In this document: positions 43,701 to 51,433 of the stretch, piece by piece
How the letters are laid out: every line of letters begins with the position of its first letter
How positions within the stretch are numbered: position 1 is the first letter of the stretch
DNA from: a virus
Reading direction: 5' to 3' (one strand)
Length of the DNA stretch: 64,000 nucleotides
IMG/VR virus record: IMGVR_UViG_3300037493_003174
Location: 1-64,000 of that record
Position numbers and translations under genes: made by a program
Notes under the pieces: generated by a model
The model's input: the letters and a program-made list of their open reading frames with translations, nothing else
Told to the model about the DNA's origin: nothing
Database searches by the model: none

Positions 43701-45382
43701 TGAATGATAAAGCTATGTTGAAAGATCCTCAGTTAGCAGAGATTTACTTTGAAAATCTGAAAGATTTGGCTGATGAGAATGTAAAGAAAGTTACAGATAC
43801 TGAAGATAACAAAAGAATCAGTAAACTTTTTGGCCTGCTCCCTATAATGAGCATGTATCAACATGGTATAGGGTACAGTAAGTATGGATTTAATGAAGCA
43901 CTTCCATATGAAGGCTTTATTGGTGTAATGCAAACTGCATCTGAGATCTTTATGAAGAGTCAGTTAAACAATGATACTCTTGGAAACATCTTTGAGTTAA
44001 TGCTTGATTCACCTAATAGAGACTTTACTAATTTTGTAAGAGATCCTAAGACATATATTGCTCCTAAACCAGTTGTTCAACCTGTAGAAGAAGAAGTAAT
44101 CATGGATGCTAATACTCCAATGATTGAAGACATGCTTGCTATGGCTCAGAGTGCTGAAGAAGTTCCTACTCAGAGTGATATAAAAATTCCTAAAGTTGGA
44201 GACATTGTTACAATAAGTTTTTATATAAAAGGTGAAGATGTTGATGTAAAAGCAAAAATAGTGAAATTAGAAAACTATCTTGAAGCAAACATTTATAATA
44301 AAGGCTTTGAAGTAGATTTAGAAAATATCAAAACTGGTAAAAAATATGAAATATATGTAGATCCTGATGGAATTATTTCTCAATTTCAAGGTGAAAAAGG
44401 TTTAAGAATTGGAACTGATAACTATATAAAAGAATTTGATATAGATTTACAAACTAAAACAACAACTACTACTCAACCATCTACTAGTGTTAAAGAAGTT
44501 ATTCCAACTTATGGAGCTGTGCAAGTTGCAACTAATCCTACAAAAGAGTTTGACAAGTATTTAACTGATGCAATTTCAGATAATATTAAAAATAATGCCT
44601 ATGTTGAAAACGGTAGTAGCTCAGCTAATTTAATGTTTAGCTATGGATGGCAATGGAAAGGTAACAACTCTAAACAAGTTATTGGAGATAAACTTATTGT
44701 ACAACCGGCTCAAGTAGATTTTAGTGGTAAAGGAAATCCTGTTGCCGTTAAGTCTAAATATTTTTATGATTCTAAGTATAATGATGGTGCTACAGTGCCA
44801 AATATATCAGAACTAGATTTTTTAAAGAAACATATTGAAAAGAATTTAGGTATTGACATGTCTGATTATGACATTGCTTTAAATAATATTTATACGCAGG
44901 GAACTAATTTATTCAGACATACTGATATTGATGAATCTAATACTGCAAAAAACTATCCAGTTGTTGTTTATGTTTTAGGAAATGAACATAAAGTAAGAAT
45001 AGATGACAATGGTGGAGGTGCTGTAAGAGGTATGGGAGAAATGGTTAATCCAAAAACTTTAACATTAAAGAATGGAGATATTTATACATTTGGTATGAAT
45101 GGTAAAGGTAGATTTGAAGCTGTACATGATGTTATTAGAACAAATAAAACAGATGATACTTTTCCACCAATAACTTTACCTGATGGAAGAACCATAAATA
45201 AGTATACAGTTACTTTTACATTCAGAAGAGCCGCTGATTTAGAACCAGGTATGCCAACTACACCCGCTAAGATTACACCTACTCAACAATCTACAGATAC
45301 TCCTATAACAGAAACAATTACAAACAAAAATACACCTGAAGGTTTACCGGGAATTGATAGAACATCATCTGATTGTCAATAA
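34718..45382 (+). CDS. Virion-packaged DNA-dependent RNA polymerase (crAss-like two-barrel RNAP) with zincin motif and C-terminal AlkB-like domain
   Basis: EEGDGQGFI, STQLRKLI, RIPVQGINSM (~41489) and the catalytic-type SGADYDVDK (DxDxD at 41606-41620); HEAWH at 37136-37150; HTD..H..R near the C-terminus. Confidence 0.85.
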   Translation: MKIQCALSESQIKKLYSNVYGNMVEQGDAFNPEQYMKDLFNKIAKNSDVDTAAKFMQQVPSMIGTASFRPALEDFEIKTDSLKPLIKKFKKSENGIDNTVKFFRPQLDPDVEKELIEKKALSAFHIAEKTSDTVPADPFNYQTYSSLSTTFQEFISKNPNEDIQTETFDPGRRTIYSTLAAIREEANNNTPLRELVYQDTILKLKPVRLSEVDENLLDKTTKRLVNRAAYLKGSGQAQSYVTTPDNIFLMVISDKDGIPLQFNEQGDIVAEGGQLVYQFLREVRKDGNKFKVTDIYGRSEQIIDPAILAEKSGITLEEAQVRQQDEFKELYEFREKLIKGDSPLVDIVGVSQGISEIKPNALNLSNISIILEDNDHAIRTLSVVKSPRSGFEKGEGVITIKGVEYKVDRPNLTAELTKKIATVLTNKELTNKEKYDYVSQLLADKASNDTRKHELEYLEKTDKLMFSYSPTTFAEGYSKFIDVDLNSPEAFQQITDALTNASGKDGKYFSAKMTYSDNAIEKGYQDYDLATNTLSDDYQDYFALIKGLPNTKIFADISIDSRSFNSYMGFAIPNQFTEQLAKAQESTETVNKDDFFESMVDESLTPGEEMFNTLMKEAISTEARGWKTIVDQETGKLHKDNYYMSTYLTNQLKNNARRFTKETMQEVLDNYSTFRRPSKTEMEIIQKEFDKAFAPQVTKAKSIEEVQNEINSYIDPKNVPTPESNGPGDAFFLRKGDLPSDVSTEQVEDAKQWWANSPLNKHIGLKQVANIVNSNAYARFIAYGAALNGNLGMIEVAATGNMVDVYHEAWHGFSQLYLTKAEKKALYNEVLRRTGKSLSFFEIEELLAEEFRDYAKNQKTVKDAPKRNSLFRKILDFLKALFGKGSVTNLSEISTVKELFDNLYLGKNLNNYTPLIDNVMFDLLYRNSGIVKPGTETDQVLNRQDSNLLKDSMDSIISDIIDNEVSKRDNKGATLSILLDKRNREPLYNMIKQNLEAKLKTYETQLEETPENEENEYKRDILQNRIRIIQTGLENYGDTKSGLVQYHVENSSYDLVRQKYTALELDEEGNLVEPENATDTERYGDQKVNDKSLIQLAGKETLYILKSLYQAKINKKTGQVEYEYNELGFKKLADFRSTWNNTVRAIGGIQDPQQMYDKLMQESETVPEFKQLVQSKLPNPKVFTNNAFEFQATTSFWQDFSKTRVPYIQLTVFKNQIGEKIEYNNFTGAEIKIPIYEYDAQVTEASNEVGNIVRMFKENFRANQNNPYVERVGRDNTPMLNLGKVVDSFSSQGKLDVNQSYGFARALGFNLSDLSIIKNTLKKDNKTIEEFGLPYIFDIIKKLHEKEQLPNTNSTTRSLISKFRENPIETLSKGIPANIISTSEIIQKNKVIAIASLEARYGTRTSNSMVLNAEKNLVSEFIDNHTISKQVYALNNAKKLSDLWTTDEFKHMSYMDPAINSYTNRLGIIRSLYDLKSPEQSRRTTRSFLLFANSGTQVENEDGFNTTSLDVNSKMIQEMHTMLKDGVQEFMRHASKSSSFGARIEGGVIGLPGKEGGDNKLWVDLDMFGKGTAFDYALKSHLLPYMEAEAERIYRFKINKDEFKKYAGYNRVLSSGKMAGEEFTAFDDVISDSLKKQIYDAIDSAVKNKTLFNLSSFLKQDTTGALGVLRGDVKKYFDEQTKENLEMLQESKYISQDLKDRMKIFNLSDDQVEQKLVETFTYNSWIHNFEMGILFYGDFAQYNHYKEEMHKRNTGATSGGRGFRSDIAARNFVNGYLATTSYAKKQGISAIAYNGTFNTAIIQDVIRDSEYLGQIEKGLRKDYEKRYKNAGVPNAEKVINERLKIELSKYKGMEEGDGQGFITFDAYRTLRHLENAWSNEQEILFQRIAKGDNVTTSEIKELFPVYKVQHFGNLANTGLPINAMHKFALAPLIPSVIAGSDLENLHRQMMTKNIQYVTFQTGSKVGSVTSEVNDKGEAVADKIYDDKDQKSLKRDIAFTPNVIYLENLKNVTNVPNKFKNKTVFSTQLRKLILGGMYRNGKIINPKNSVAVKSYEAAVDAYSNILKLELLHEIGYEYNPKTKKYTGNIQDFLEVVQRELERKDLPEHLIQMVGLNRDKSIKTDLSLHLKADDIEKILVSLVEKRLIKQKVKGEALVQVASSMSNGMWDNKLKKATNADILKYMGTNNLPFYNNDTADGKTAAMKVAVALQGDFANLLKLNHLDGEVIGTRQRLNEMIKDDKWMDLDNNRKAVTISAVRIPVQGINSMEFMEIYDFLDPAAGNIIIPPSEIVAKSGADYDVDKLTTFMPSIDSNGQYVETGLTNDEVLKKVNELSGNERGSKVARALIKKQKAALENRLINTIKSILELPDNYAALVRPNDTYLLKDEIADVIQDDVIEYNRFKNVNSKDYRVNKKGEKVISPTRILESRYNLHKHDVNTIAKRVLGMIAIENALHPIFNSIGVSMPATYKDSIFDDSLGRYVDGKNDYDVRLMLPHNKTDDGRVSLSGTDTVDGMDNIGELFSQMMNGAVDVEKDAWIFFIQGNYEITPMITFLLKAGVPKETAILFASNPIVREYAKQQRIIKSAYSKVTGTIAENFIPTMGKYQAAVNALAKFGIKDGAQKVSQKKYYNAVTKATGASGILNSKGEFDLELMKKIIKNPNEPSLRNHMEAMFLHFIELEKSSRGFTTLKFLSNPDTKTSKTLQEVIRRNMSLEDAKAMSKIEEGTVDKLKETVLGTFFDNKLISDLIVPLFPLRNNDTVTNFILKTSAERAGAVAKRFGKGQDGTRSFITQFKNAIPNYIFQNYMSNFVDENGKLTSMPKNFNKMDVVSKVGVKNGAEIINGKLFVDDARLRKEYQEGLYYRNNTMPGNYSESGLRGLGALVIFESEAAYFRYVFERENQRNLYSLESLLKNKDFKKMRELTANDKEAYEAYINQRALINAFNRVAIMGLEGQSYTDMVLDMIEEFSQLKGRYPILSQFTIPNIKTGERVLTLNDKAMLKDPQLAEIYFENLKDLADENVKKVTDTEDNKRISKLFGLLPIMSMYQHGIGYSKYGFNEALPYEGFIGVMQTASEIFMKSQLNNDTLGNIFELMLDSPNRDFTNFVRDPKTYIAPKPVVQPVEEEVIMDANTPMIEDMLAMAQSAEEVPTQSDIKIPKVGDIVTISFYIKGEDVDVKAKIVKLENYLEANIYNKGFEVDLENIKTGKKYEIYVDPDGIISQFQGEKGLRIGTDNYIKEFDIDLQTKTTTTTQPSTSVKEVIPTYGAVQVATNPTKEFDKYLTDAISDNIKNNAYVENGSSSANLMFSYGWQWKGNNSKQVIGDKLIVQPAQVDFSGKGNPVAVKSKYFYDSKYNDGATVPNISELDFLKKHIEKNLGIDMSDYDIALNNIYTQGTNLFRHTDIDESNTAKNYPVVVYVLGNEHKVRIDDNGGGAVRGMGEMVNPKTLTLKNGDIYTFGMNGKGRFEAVHDVIRTNKTDDTFPPITLPDGRTINKYTVTFTFRRAADLEPGMPTTPAKITPTQQSTDTPITETITNKNTPEGLPGIDRTSSDCQ

Positions 45383-45395
45383 AATTTAGTATATT
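45381..45395 (+). promoter_or_regulatory. Putative phage late promoter AAAATTTAGTATATT
   Basis: Identical to 20237-20251. Confidence 0.6.
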
Positions 45396-45411
45396 TAATT
45401 AAAGAAAAGAT

Positions 45412-48400
45412 ATGCCTTGTCCAAATAAAATAAGATCAAATTTATTTAATGAAGTTCTTGCAAAAGCTACGCCTGCTAAAAGTATGTCTATAGAAGGTGC
45501 AAGAGAATTAGCAAGAACTCTTAATAGAGAGTATGGTGCTAGTGTAGTGACTGTAGAACTAGGTGATGTTATAGAAGTAAATGTATCTATACCAGAATCA
45601 CTTGTTAATACATACTATGCAAGTGAGTTGGCTATTGAGATGAGAGAACTTGCACAAGCTGAAAAAGAAGCAAGAGCAATGCAGAGAGAAGATGCTGAAC
45701 GCGCAGGTGTTGAGTATACTGATGATTATCTTAAAGATGAAGACTTAGCAGAAATATTTACTGAAGAACAAGTACAAGCTGCAAGAGATCAAGAGATAGC
45801 AATGAAGTTAGGTCAGAAGTTTAAAAATGCTTTTGGTATTGACTACAAAATAGTTTCTCCATCTGAGGCTGCCATTATTCTAAAAGATAGTCCAACTCCA
45901 TTTACTGTAGGCACTGCAGGTTTCTTTTATGGTAACCAGGTATATTTTGTTAAGGGTTATTTCAACTCAAATTCAGTAATGCATGAATTTAGTCACCCTT
46001 TAATTAAAGGTATACAGTATCAGAATCCAAAATTATTTGAAAACTTATATGCTCAGTTAGCTACATCAGCAAATGGTCAAGCAGCAATTCAGTATGTAAA
46101 AGATCAGTATCCTGAATTAGAAGAAGGAACAATTAGATTTAAAGAGGAAGCTATTGTTACTGCAATGGAAATGGATGCTCAAATGAAATTGAACAACATC
46201 AAATCAGATGACAGTTTATTTAACAAATTTATTCAGAACTTACTCTATGCATTAAAGAAAGTTCTTAAAGCTCTAACAAATAAAGTAAATCTTCAGAAGC
46301 TTGATACAACTACAACTCTTGATCAGTTAGTTGATATGATGATTAATGAAGACTTTGTTATTCAGGATCTCAACTTCCAACAAAGTTTATTTGCAGAGTT
46401 CAAAAAAGAAACAGATCAGTTCTTAAAAGAATTAGAAGAAGTTACACCAAAGGACTTAATTAAAACTATTGACAAGTTCCATAATGAAATGTCATTCCAG
46501 TTGGGCCAGTTAAGAAACTCACCAAAGAAATTAAAAACTGAGTTAGGTAAAGATGGTATTGATCTTATTAAAAACATCAGAGACTATGTTAAAGGATATA
46601 AAACATCCGGAGAAGTTAGTGATGAAGAACTTGAAGTACTTATTGAAGCTCTACAAAAAGATGAAAGAGATTTAAGATTGAGATCTCTTGCCTTTATTAA
46701 CAGTTTAGCTGAGCTTAATGTATTTGCTAGAAGAATAGAAAAGATCATGAATGATCTAAGAACTTCTAAAGCATACCAGACTGAAGAAGGAAACCAAAAA
46801 ATCCAGTATTACAAACAGTTCATGGAAAGACAGGTTAAATTCTTAAGAGATGTTAGCAAGCAGATTGGTCTTGATCCGTCAAATGAGTTGAGTAAAAAGA
46901 TTTATTCTATCAAAGGTTTGATGGAAAATAATATTGAGAAAGCAAAAGACATGACATTTGATTATGTTAAAGATTTCTTATTGGATCAGACTCAAGTTAT
47001 GCAAAGAAATGTTAAAGGGAACTTAGTAGAGAAAATTAATGATCTTTTAAAAATTGATGGTTATAATGAAGCAGATAGTCAAAAAATTGTACAAGAGCTT
47101 CTTGATAAACTAGATATTGATAAGCAAAGAAATATTACTGAAGAAACTCTGGGTCTTCCAAATAAAACTCCTAGGTTTAAGTATTACAAAAAAGCAATTC
47201 AAAATTATAATGCTAATAAGATTTTAGAAGATACAGTTGATGATTACCTAAGAGGTCATGTTAAAGACCTTGGAATGGCTGGTGCTATGCTAAATCCTCT
47301 AGGGAATATTAATGACTTGTTTGGATCCTTTGTTCAATACATGCGTAAGAAAATTGCTGATGCTGAAGTACAAAGTCAGCAAGAACAAATGAGATTTGTA
47401 CAAAGTCTTGTACCTGATTTGAATGCCCTAGGGTATAATCCAAATGATACTTCACAACTTGCAGACTTAGTTTTGTTTGTTGATAAAGAAGGTATAGTAG
47501 ATGAGGAAGGAAACTATGAAGAGTATGAAGTATATTCATATATTGATAAGTTCAAGAACTGGAGAGCAGATAAAGCTAAACTTCAGGCAGATTTAAAAAA
47601 GGCTAAGATTAAAGGAGATAGAGAAGCCATTAAGGAAGCTATGCAGGCTATGAGAGATTTTGAAAGAGATCACATGGTCCGTAGATACAAAGATAAAGTA
47701 TTTGATGTACAGAATATCTGGTTACAGGCTAATGTTATCTATGACCCAAGTTCTAAAAAAGATATTGTTATCTCTTCTGACATTGCATTAGATGCATTTA
47801 CTGAAAAGAAAGAAGCAATTGCTGAGTTAAGTACTTATAACTCTAGTGACTTTACAACTCTTGAGGATTTATTAGAATTTACTCCATCCGCGGCAGCTAA
47901 AATAAGATACAATGAGCTATTTAATCTTTATGACAATGATGGTAATTTTAAGCAAGGTGAAGAGTTACAAAGAGTTCTTGTAAGAAGACATCATAGAGAG
48001 CAATCTAGAAAGTTCAATGAGTCTGTATCTAATGTTGAAAGATTCCAAAAAGACTTTGACAATTTTGTTAATCAAGAATTGGCAGGGTTAGGTATAACTT
48101 ATGATAGTGATCCTGCAAGATATGAAGCTGAAGTAAAAAAGTTCCTAGATAAAAACACTAGAATAGCTTATGATGATAGTTACTTCCAAGATAGAAACAG
48201 GATCCTTGATAATATTCAGAAGATAAATGATAAAGCAAAAGGAGCTGACATATCTATTAGACTAGCTGCATTATATGAACAACGCTCTCATATAGTTAAT
48301 AAGGTTACTGATAAAGATGGGGAGCCAAATGGAACTGAACTACCTCTTGATTCACTTAAAAGATTAAAATCTCTTGAAGAAGAAATAGTAGATCTTCAAG

Positions 48401-51255
48401 ATCAGTTTGATAAAAAGACTGGTTTATCTAAAGATGACTCAAGAAAACTTAGATACTATGAAGAGTTTATTATTGGAAAAGGTTTAGCATCAAAGATGAC
48501 TCCTGAGCAGAAAAAAGAATATGTAAATTTATCTTCTAAAGCTAAAGCATTTGGTTTATCAGATACAGAAATTGCATATTTAAGAAATCAGTTTAGACAG
48601 TTGGCAGAAATGACCAATACCTTTGCTACTGATTATTATGTACAAGCCTTTAATACAGCACTTGGTACTAGCGATGTAGCACCAATTACTATTGACACAG
48701 CAGATGAGTGGATTAATGGTGATATGGTATTGGCAGCAAAGACTGGTAACTCAAGATTTTCAGAGTGGTTTGATAGAAATCATTATATGAAAAGAGCATA
48801 CAATCCTAAGACTGAGCAGTATGAAGACATGTACATTAGAACTAAAGCTTGGAGTGTAAGTAGACCATCTGATGAAAAGTACATGAAGAAAACTACTATT
48901 ATAGATCCATCAACAGGAAAAGAAATTCCAATCAATGGTGTACCCGTAGCTAAGTATTCATATACTAGAATTAAAGATGAGTATAGAACTGGATATAACC
49001 CAGTAACTAAGAAAGTAGAACTTGAAGTTGGTGTTCATATTGATAACCGTGGTAATTTTTTACCAAAAGAAGTTGCATTGAATGCTCCTAACTCAAAGTA
49101 CATGAATGAAAAGTACTATGAAATTAAGAGTAAAGGTGGACCACAATTTCATTTACTAGAAACTCTTAAAAAAGAAAGAATTAAAGCTCAAGAAAATTCA
49201 CCTTATGCCTCTAGATTATATTTAGACTTTCCAAGATTTAGAATCACTGAAAATTTAGAGTACAAACAATCTGGAAACTTAACAAAAGATATAAAGGATA
49301 AGAAGAGTGCAATAGTTGATTCAGCAAAAGCCTTAGTAAAACAAGTAGCTGATGATGCAGAAAGAGGAGCTAATTATATTGATAAATTCTTATTTGTTCC
49401 AACTGACTTACAAGGAAATCCAATTTCTAAAGTTCCAGTAAGAGGTTTATATAAACTTGACGTTAATGTAGTTTCTAAAAATGTATTAAAGTCTGAGTTA
49501 AATTACATGAACTCATTAGATATCCAGAAGGTATTAATAGAAGCAGAACCAACTGTAAAAGCATTGGTAGATGTACTTGGAGATCCTGAAAATGCTCTAG
49601 ATAAATTAAATATGGCCAGCTCTACTCTATCTAAAGCGCAAGATAAAGCTGCAGTATTCTTAAAGAGAGAAACAAACAACAGACTTCAAGTTGCAATAGA
49701 TGTTATGGATAGAACTTTCTATGGTCAGACTGTAAGTGAGTTTCAACAAGAAAATCCTGTCTTCTCAAAGTTTGTAAGAGGTTCTCTAGGTGCTGCATCA
49801 TTTGCATTCTATAACTTAAATCCAGTATCTACAATAAAGAATAAGTTAGGAATGAACTTTCAGAAAATGATTTTTACATCTGGAGGTAAGTTTATAAGCT
49901 TTCCATCTATTGCAAGAGGTAAAGTAAAAGCAACAAAAGTACTATTTGAATATGCTACTAAAGATGCTTATGCAAGAGGAGTTAAAGGTTTAGATATGCA
50001 GATAGCAGATGCATTTAATATGGCTCCAGGTAAAGCTAAACAAGAAATTGGTAAATCAGCTACAAATACAACTGTCAAAGAATTATTAGATGGAGCATGG
50101 ATGTACTCTGATAGAAAGCTTACTGAATTCCAGGGCTCATTAGAGTTAGGATATAGCATGCTTGACTGGCAAATGATAGATCAAATTCAACCAAATGGTG
50201 AGGTAACACAAATTAGATATGTAGATGCGTTTGAAACAGATGCTGATGGCATTGCAAAACTTAAAGCAGGAATCAATCCTGAATGGGGTATGAACTATGT
50301 TGATCATGTTGTAGAGGCTGGAGATACATTAGCTTCACTTGCTAAAAAATACAACATGACTGTTGAGGAGTTAGCAGCCAAAAATAAAATTGATGCAAAA
50401 GCTAGTCTTGAAGAAGATCAATCAATTATTATCTCAAGAAATGAGAAATTTAATATGATAAAACTTAGAATTGCTAGTGCAAACAAAAAGTTAAATGGTA
50501 CAGTAGAAGCAATTGAATCACCAACTGCTGAGAAGAATTTACTTTATGATGTATTTACTTTCTCAAGAAAGTTTGGTACAGGTATGTTCTTATCTAGATT
50601 CCAGACAGATTTGTCTAAAGAAAATAGATTTGGAGAAGTTTGGGATTGGGATTTGAATGAAACAACAAGAGGTAAATATATTACTTTCTTAAGTGGTTTA
50701 AATAACTTAATACGTGATGGTAAAAATTACTATCCAACTATGACTGATGATGAAAAGTCAGCATTTAGAGAAGTTATTTTTGAAGGTGTATCTTTATTCC
50801 TAATGGGTCTTGCAGTATCATTACTGTTTGGTTTTGATGGGGATGATGAAGACAGATTTAAAAAACTAAAAGAACGTGAAGAAAAATATGGTACAGCAGG
50901 TTGGTTAGCTAATCACATGTTGTATCAGTTAATCATGGTTCAAAAAGAAAATAGCACAATGATACCTTTACCTGGTATGGGTGCTGGTGACTGGTTAGAC
51001 TTTACTAAAACAAGTACTATAGCTATGGGACCAACATTAGAACTTTATCTTAAGATTACAAAAGATATGTACTATATTCTAACAGGAAATGATAAAGCAG
51101 TTTATAAACAAGAGGTTGGGCCATATGAATGGCAAGATGAAGGTCACTATAAATTATGGAATCACGTAGGATCAATCTTTGGATTATCTGGTAAAAACTT
51201 AAGTCCTTACTGGGCAATTAAGAAGAATGAAATATTTACTAATTTAAAAGGTTAA
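45412..51255 (+). CDS. Giant virion protein 3 with zincin-like HExxH, LysM domain and C-terminal TM helix
   Basis: GFFYGNQVY..MHEFSHP..EEAIV; HVVEAGDTLASLAKKYNMTVEELAAKN (LysM, ~50305-50433); GVSLFLMGLAVSLLFGF. Confidence 0.7.
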   Translation: MPCPNKIRSNLFNEVLAKATPAKSMSIEGARELARTLNREYGASVVTVELGDVIEVNVSIPESLVNTYYASELAIEMRELAQAEKEARAMQREDAERAGVEYTDDYLKDEDLAEIFTEEQVQAARDQEIAMKLGQKFKNAFGIDYKIVSPSEAAIILKDSPTPFTVGTAGFFYGNQVYFVKGYFNSNSVMHEFSHPLIKGIQYQNPKLFENLYAQLATSANGQAAIQYVKDQYPELEEGTIRFKEEAIVTAMEMDAQMKLNNIKSDDSLFNKFIQNLLYALKKVLKALTNKVNLQKLDTTTTLDQLVDMMINEDFVIQDLNFQQSLFAEFKKETDQFLKELEEVTPKDLIKTIDKFHNEMSFQLGQLRNSPKKLKTELGKDGIDLIKNIRDYVKGYKTSGEVSDEELEVLIEALQKDERDLRLRSLAFINSLAELNVFARRIEKIMNDLRTSKAYQTEEGNQKIQYYKQFMERQVKFLRDVSKQIGLDPSNELSKKIYSIKGLMENNIEKAKDMTFDYVKDFLLDQTQVMQRNVKGNLVEKINDLLKIDGYNEADSQKIVQELLDKLDIDKQRNITEETLGLPNKTPRFKYYKKAIQNYNANKILEDTVDDYLRGHVKDLGMAGAMLNPLGNINDLFGSFVQYMRKKIADAEVQSQQEQMRFVQSLVPDLNALGYNPNDTSQLADLVLFVDKEGIVDEEGNYEEYEVYSYIDKFKNWRADKAKLQADLKKAKIKGDREAIKEAMQAMRDFERDHMVRRYKDKVFDVQNIWLQANVIYDPSSKKDIVISSDIALDAFTEKKEAIAELSTYNSSDFTTLEDLLEFTPSAAAKIRYNELFNLYDNDGNFKQGEELQRVLVRRHHREQSRKFNESVSNVERFQKDFDNFVNQELAGLGITYDSDPARYEAEVKKFLDKNTRIAYDDSYFQDRNRILDNIQKINDKAKGADISIRLAALYEQRSHIVNKVTDKDGEPNGTELPLDSLKRLKSLEEEIVDLQDQFDKKTGLSKDDSRKLRYYEEFIIGKGLASKMTPEQKKEYVNLSSKAKAFGLSDTEIAYLRNQFRQLAEMTNTFATDYYVQAFNTALGTSDVAPITIDTADEWINGDMVLAAKTGNSRFSEWFDRNHYMKRAYNPKTEQYEDMYIRTKAWSVSRPSDEKYMKKTTIIDPSTGKEIPINGVPVAKYSYTRIKDEYRTGYNPVTKKVELEVGVHIDNRGNFLPKEVALNAPNSKYMNEKYYEIKSKGGPQFHLLETLKKERIKAQENSPYASRLYLDFPRFRITENLEYKQSGNLTKDIKDKKSAIVDSAKALVKQVADDAERGANYIDKFLFVPTDLQGNPISKVPVRGLYKLDVNVVSKNVLKSELNYMNSLDIQKVLIEAEPTVKALVDVLGDPENALDKLNMASSTLSKAQDKAAVFLKRETNNRLQVAIDVMDRTFYGQTVSEFQQENPVFSKFVRGSLGAASFAFYNLNPVSTIKNKLGMNFQKMIFTSGGKFISFPSIARGKVKATKVLFEYATKDAYARGVKGLDMQIADAFNMAPGKAKQEIGKSATNTTVKELLDGAWMYSDRKLTEFQGSLELGYSMLDWQMIDQIQPNGEVTQIRYVDAFETDADGIAKLKAGINPEWGMNYVDHVVEAGDTLASLAKKYNMTVEELAAKNKIDAKASLEEDQSIIISRNEKFNMIKLRIASANKKLNGTVEAIESPTAEKNLLYDVFTFSRKFGTGMFLSRFQTDLSKENRFGEVWDWDLNETTRGKYITFLSGLNNLIRDGKNYYPTMTDDEKSAFREVIFEGVSLFLMGLAVSLLFGFDGDDEDRFKKLKEREEKYGTAGWLANHMLYQLIMVQKENSTMIPLPGMGAGDWLDFTKTSTIAMGPTLELYLKITKDMYYILTGNDKAVYKQEVGPYEWQDEGHYKLWNHVGSIFGLSGKNLSPYWAIKKNEIFTNLKG

Positions 51256-51257
51256 CA

Positions 51258-51401
51258 ATGGCAAAGGCAACAACAACAGCTTCAGCAAGAACTTATTCTA
51301 AGCCTAAGATTTCCCGTCCTGGGGTACATGCTAAAACTAAAATTAGCAAGTCTGCAAATTCAAAAAACTATAAGAAGTCTTATAGAGGACAGGGTAGGTA
51401 A
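51258..51401 (+). CDS. Small basic protein (47 aa, ends KKSYRGQGR); not in the ORF track
   Basis: MAKATTTASARTYSKPKISRPGVHAKTKISKSANSKNYKKSYRGQGR, starting 2 nt after the previous stop. Confidence 0.7.
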   Translation: MAKATTTASARTYSKPKISRPGVHAKTKISKSANSKNYKKSYRGQGR

Positions 51402-51433
51402 GAAAAAAAAAGGGGGACTATTACAGTCCCCCT
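51402..51433 (-). terminator. Terminator at the convergence of the two modules
   Basis: AGGGGGACT-ATTAC-AGTCCCCCT stem preceded by an A tract (U tract on the - strand). Confidence 0.8.
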
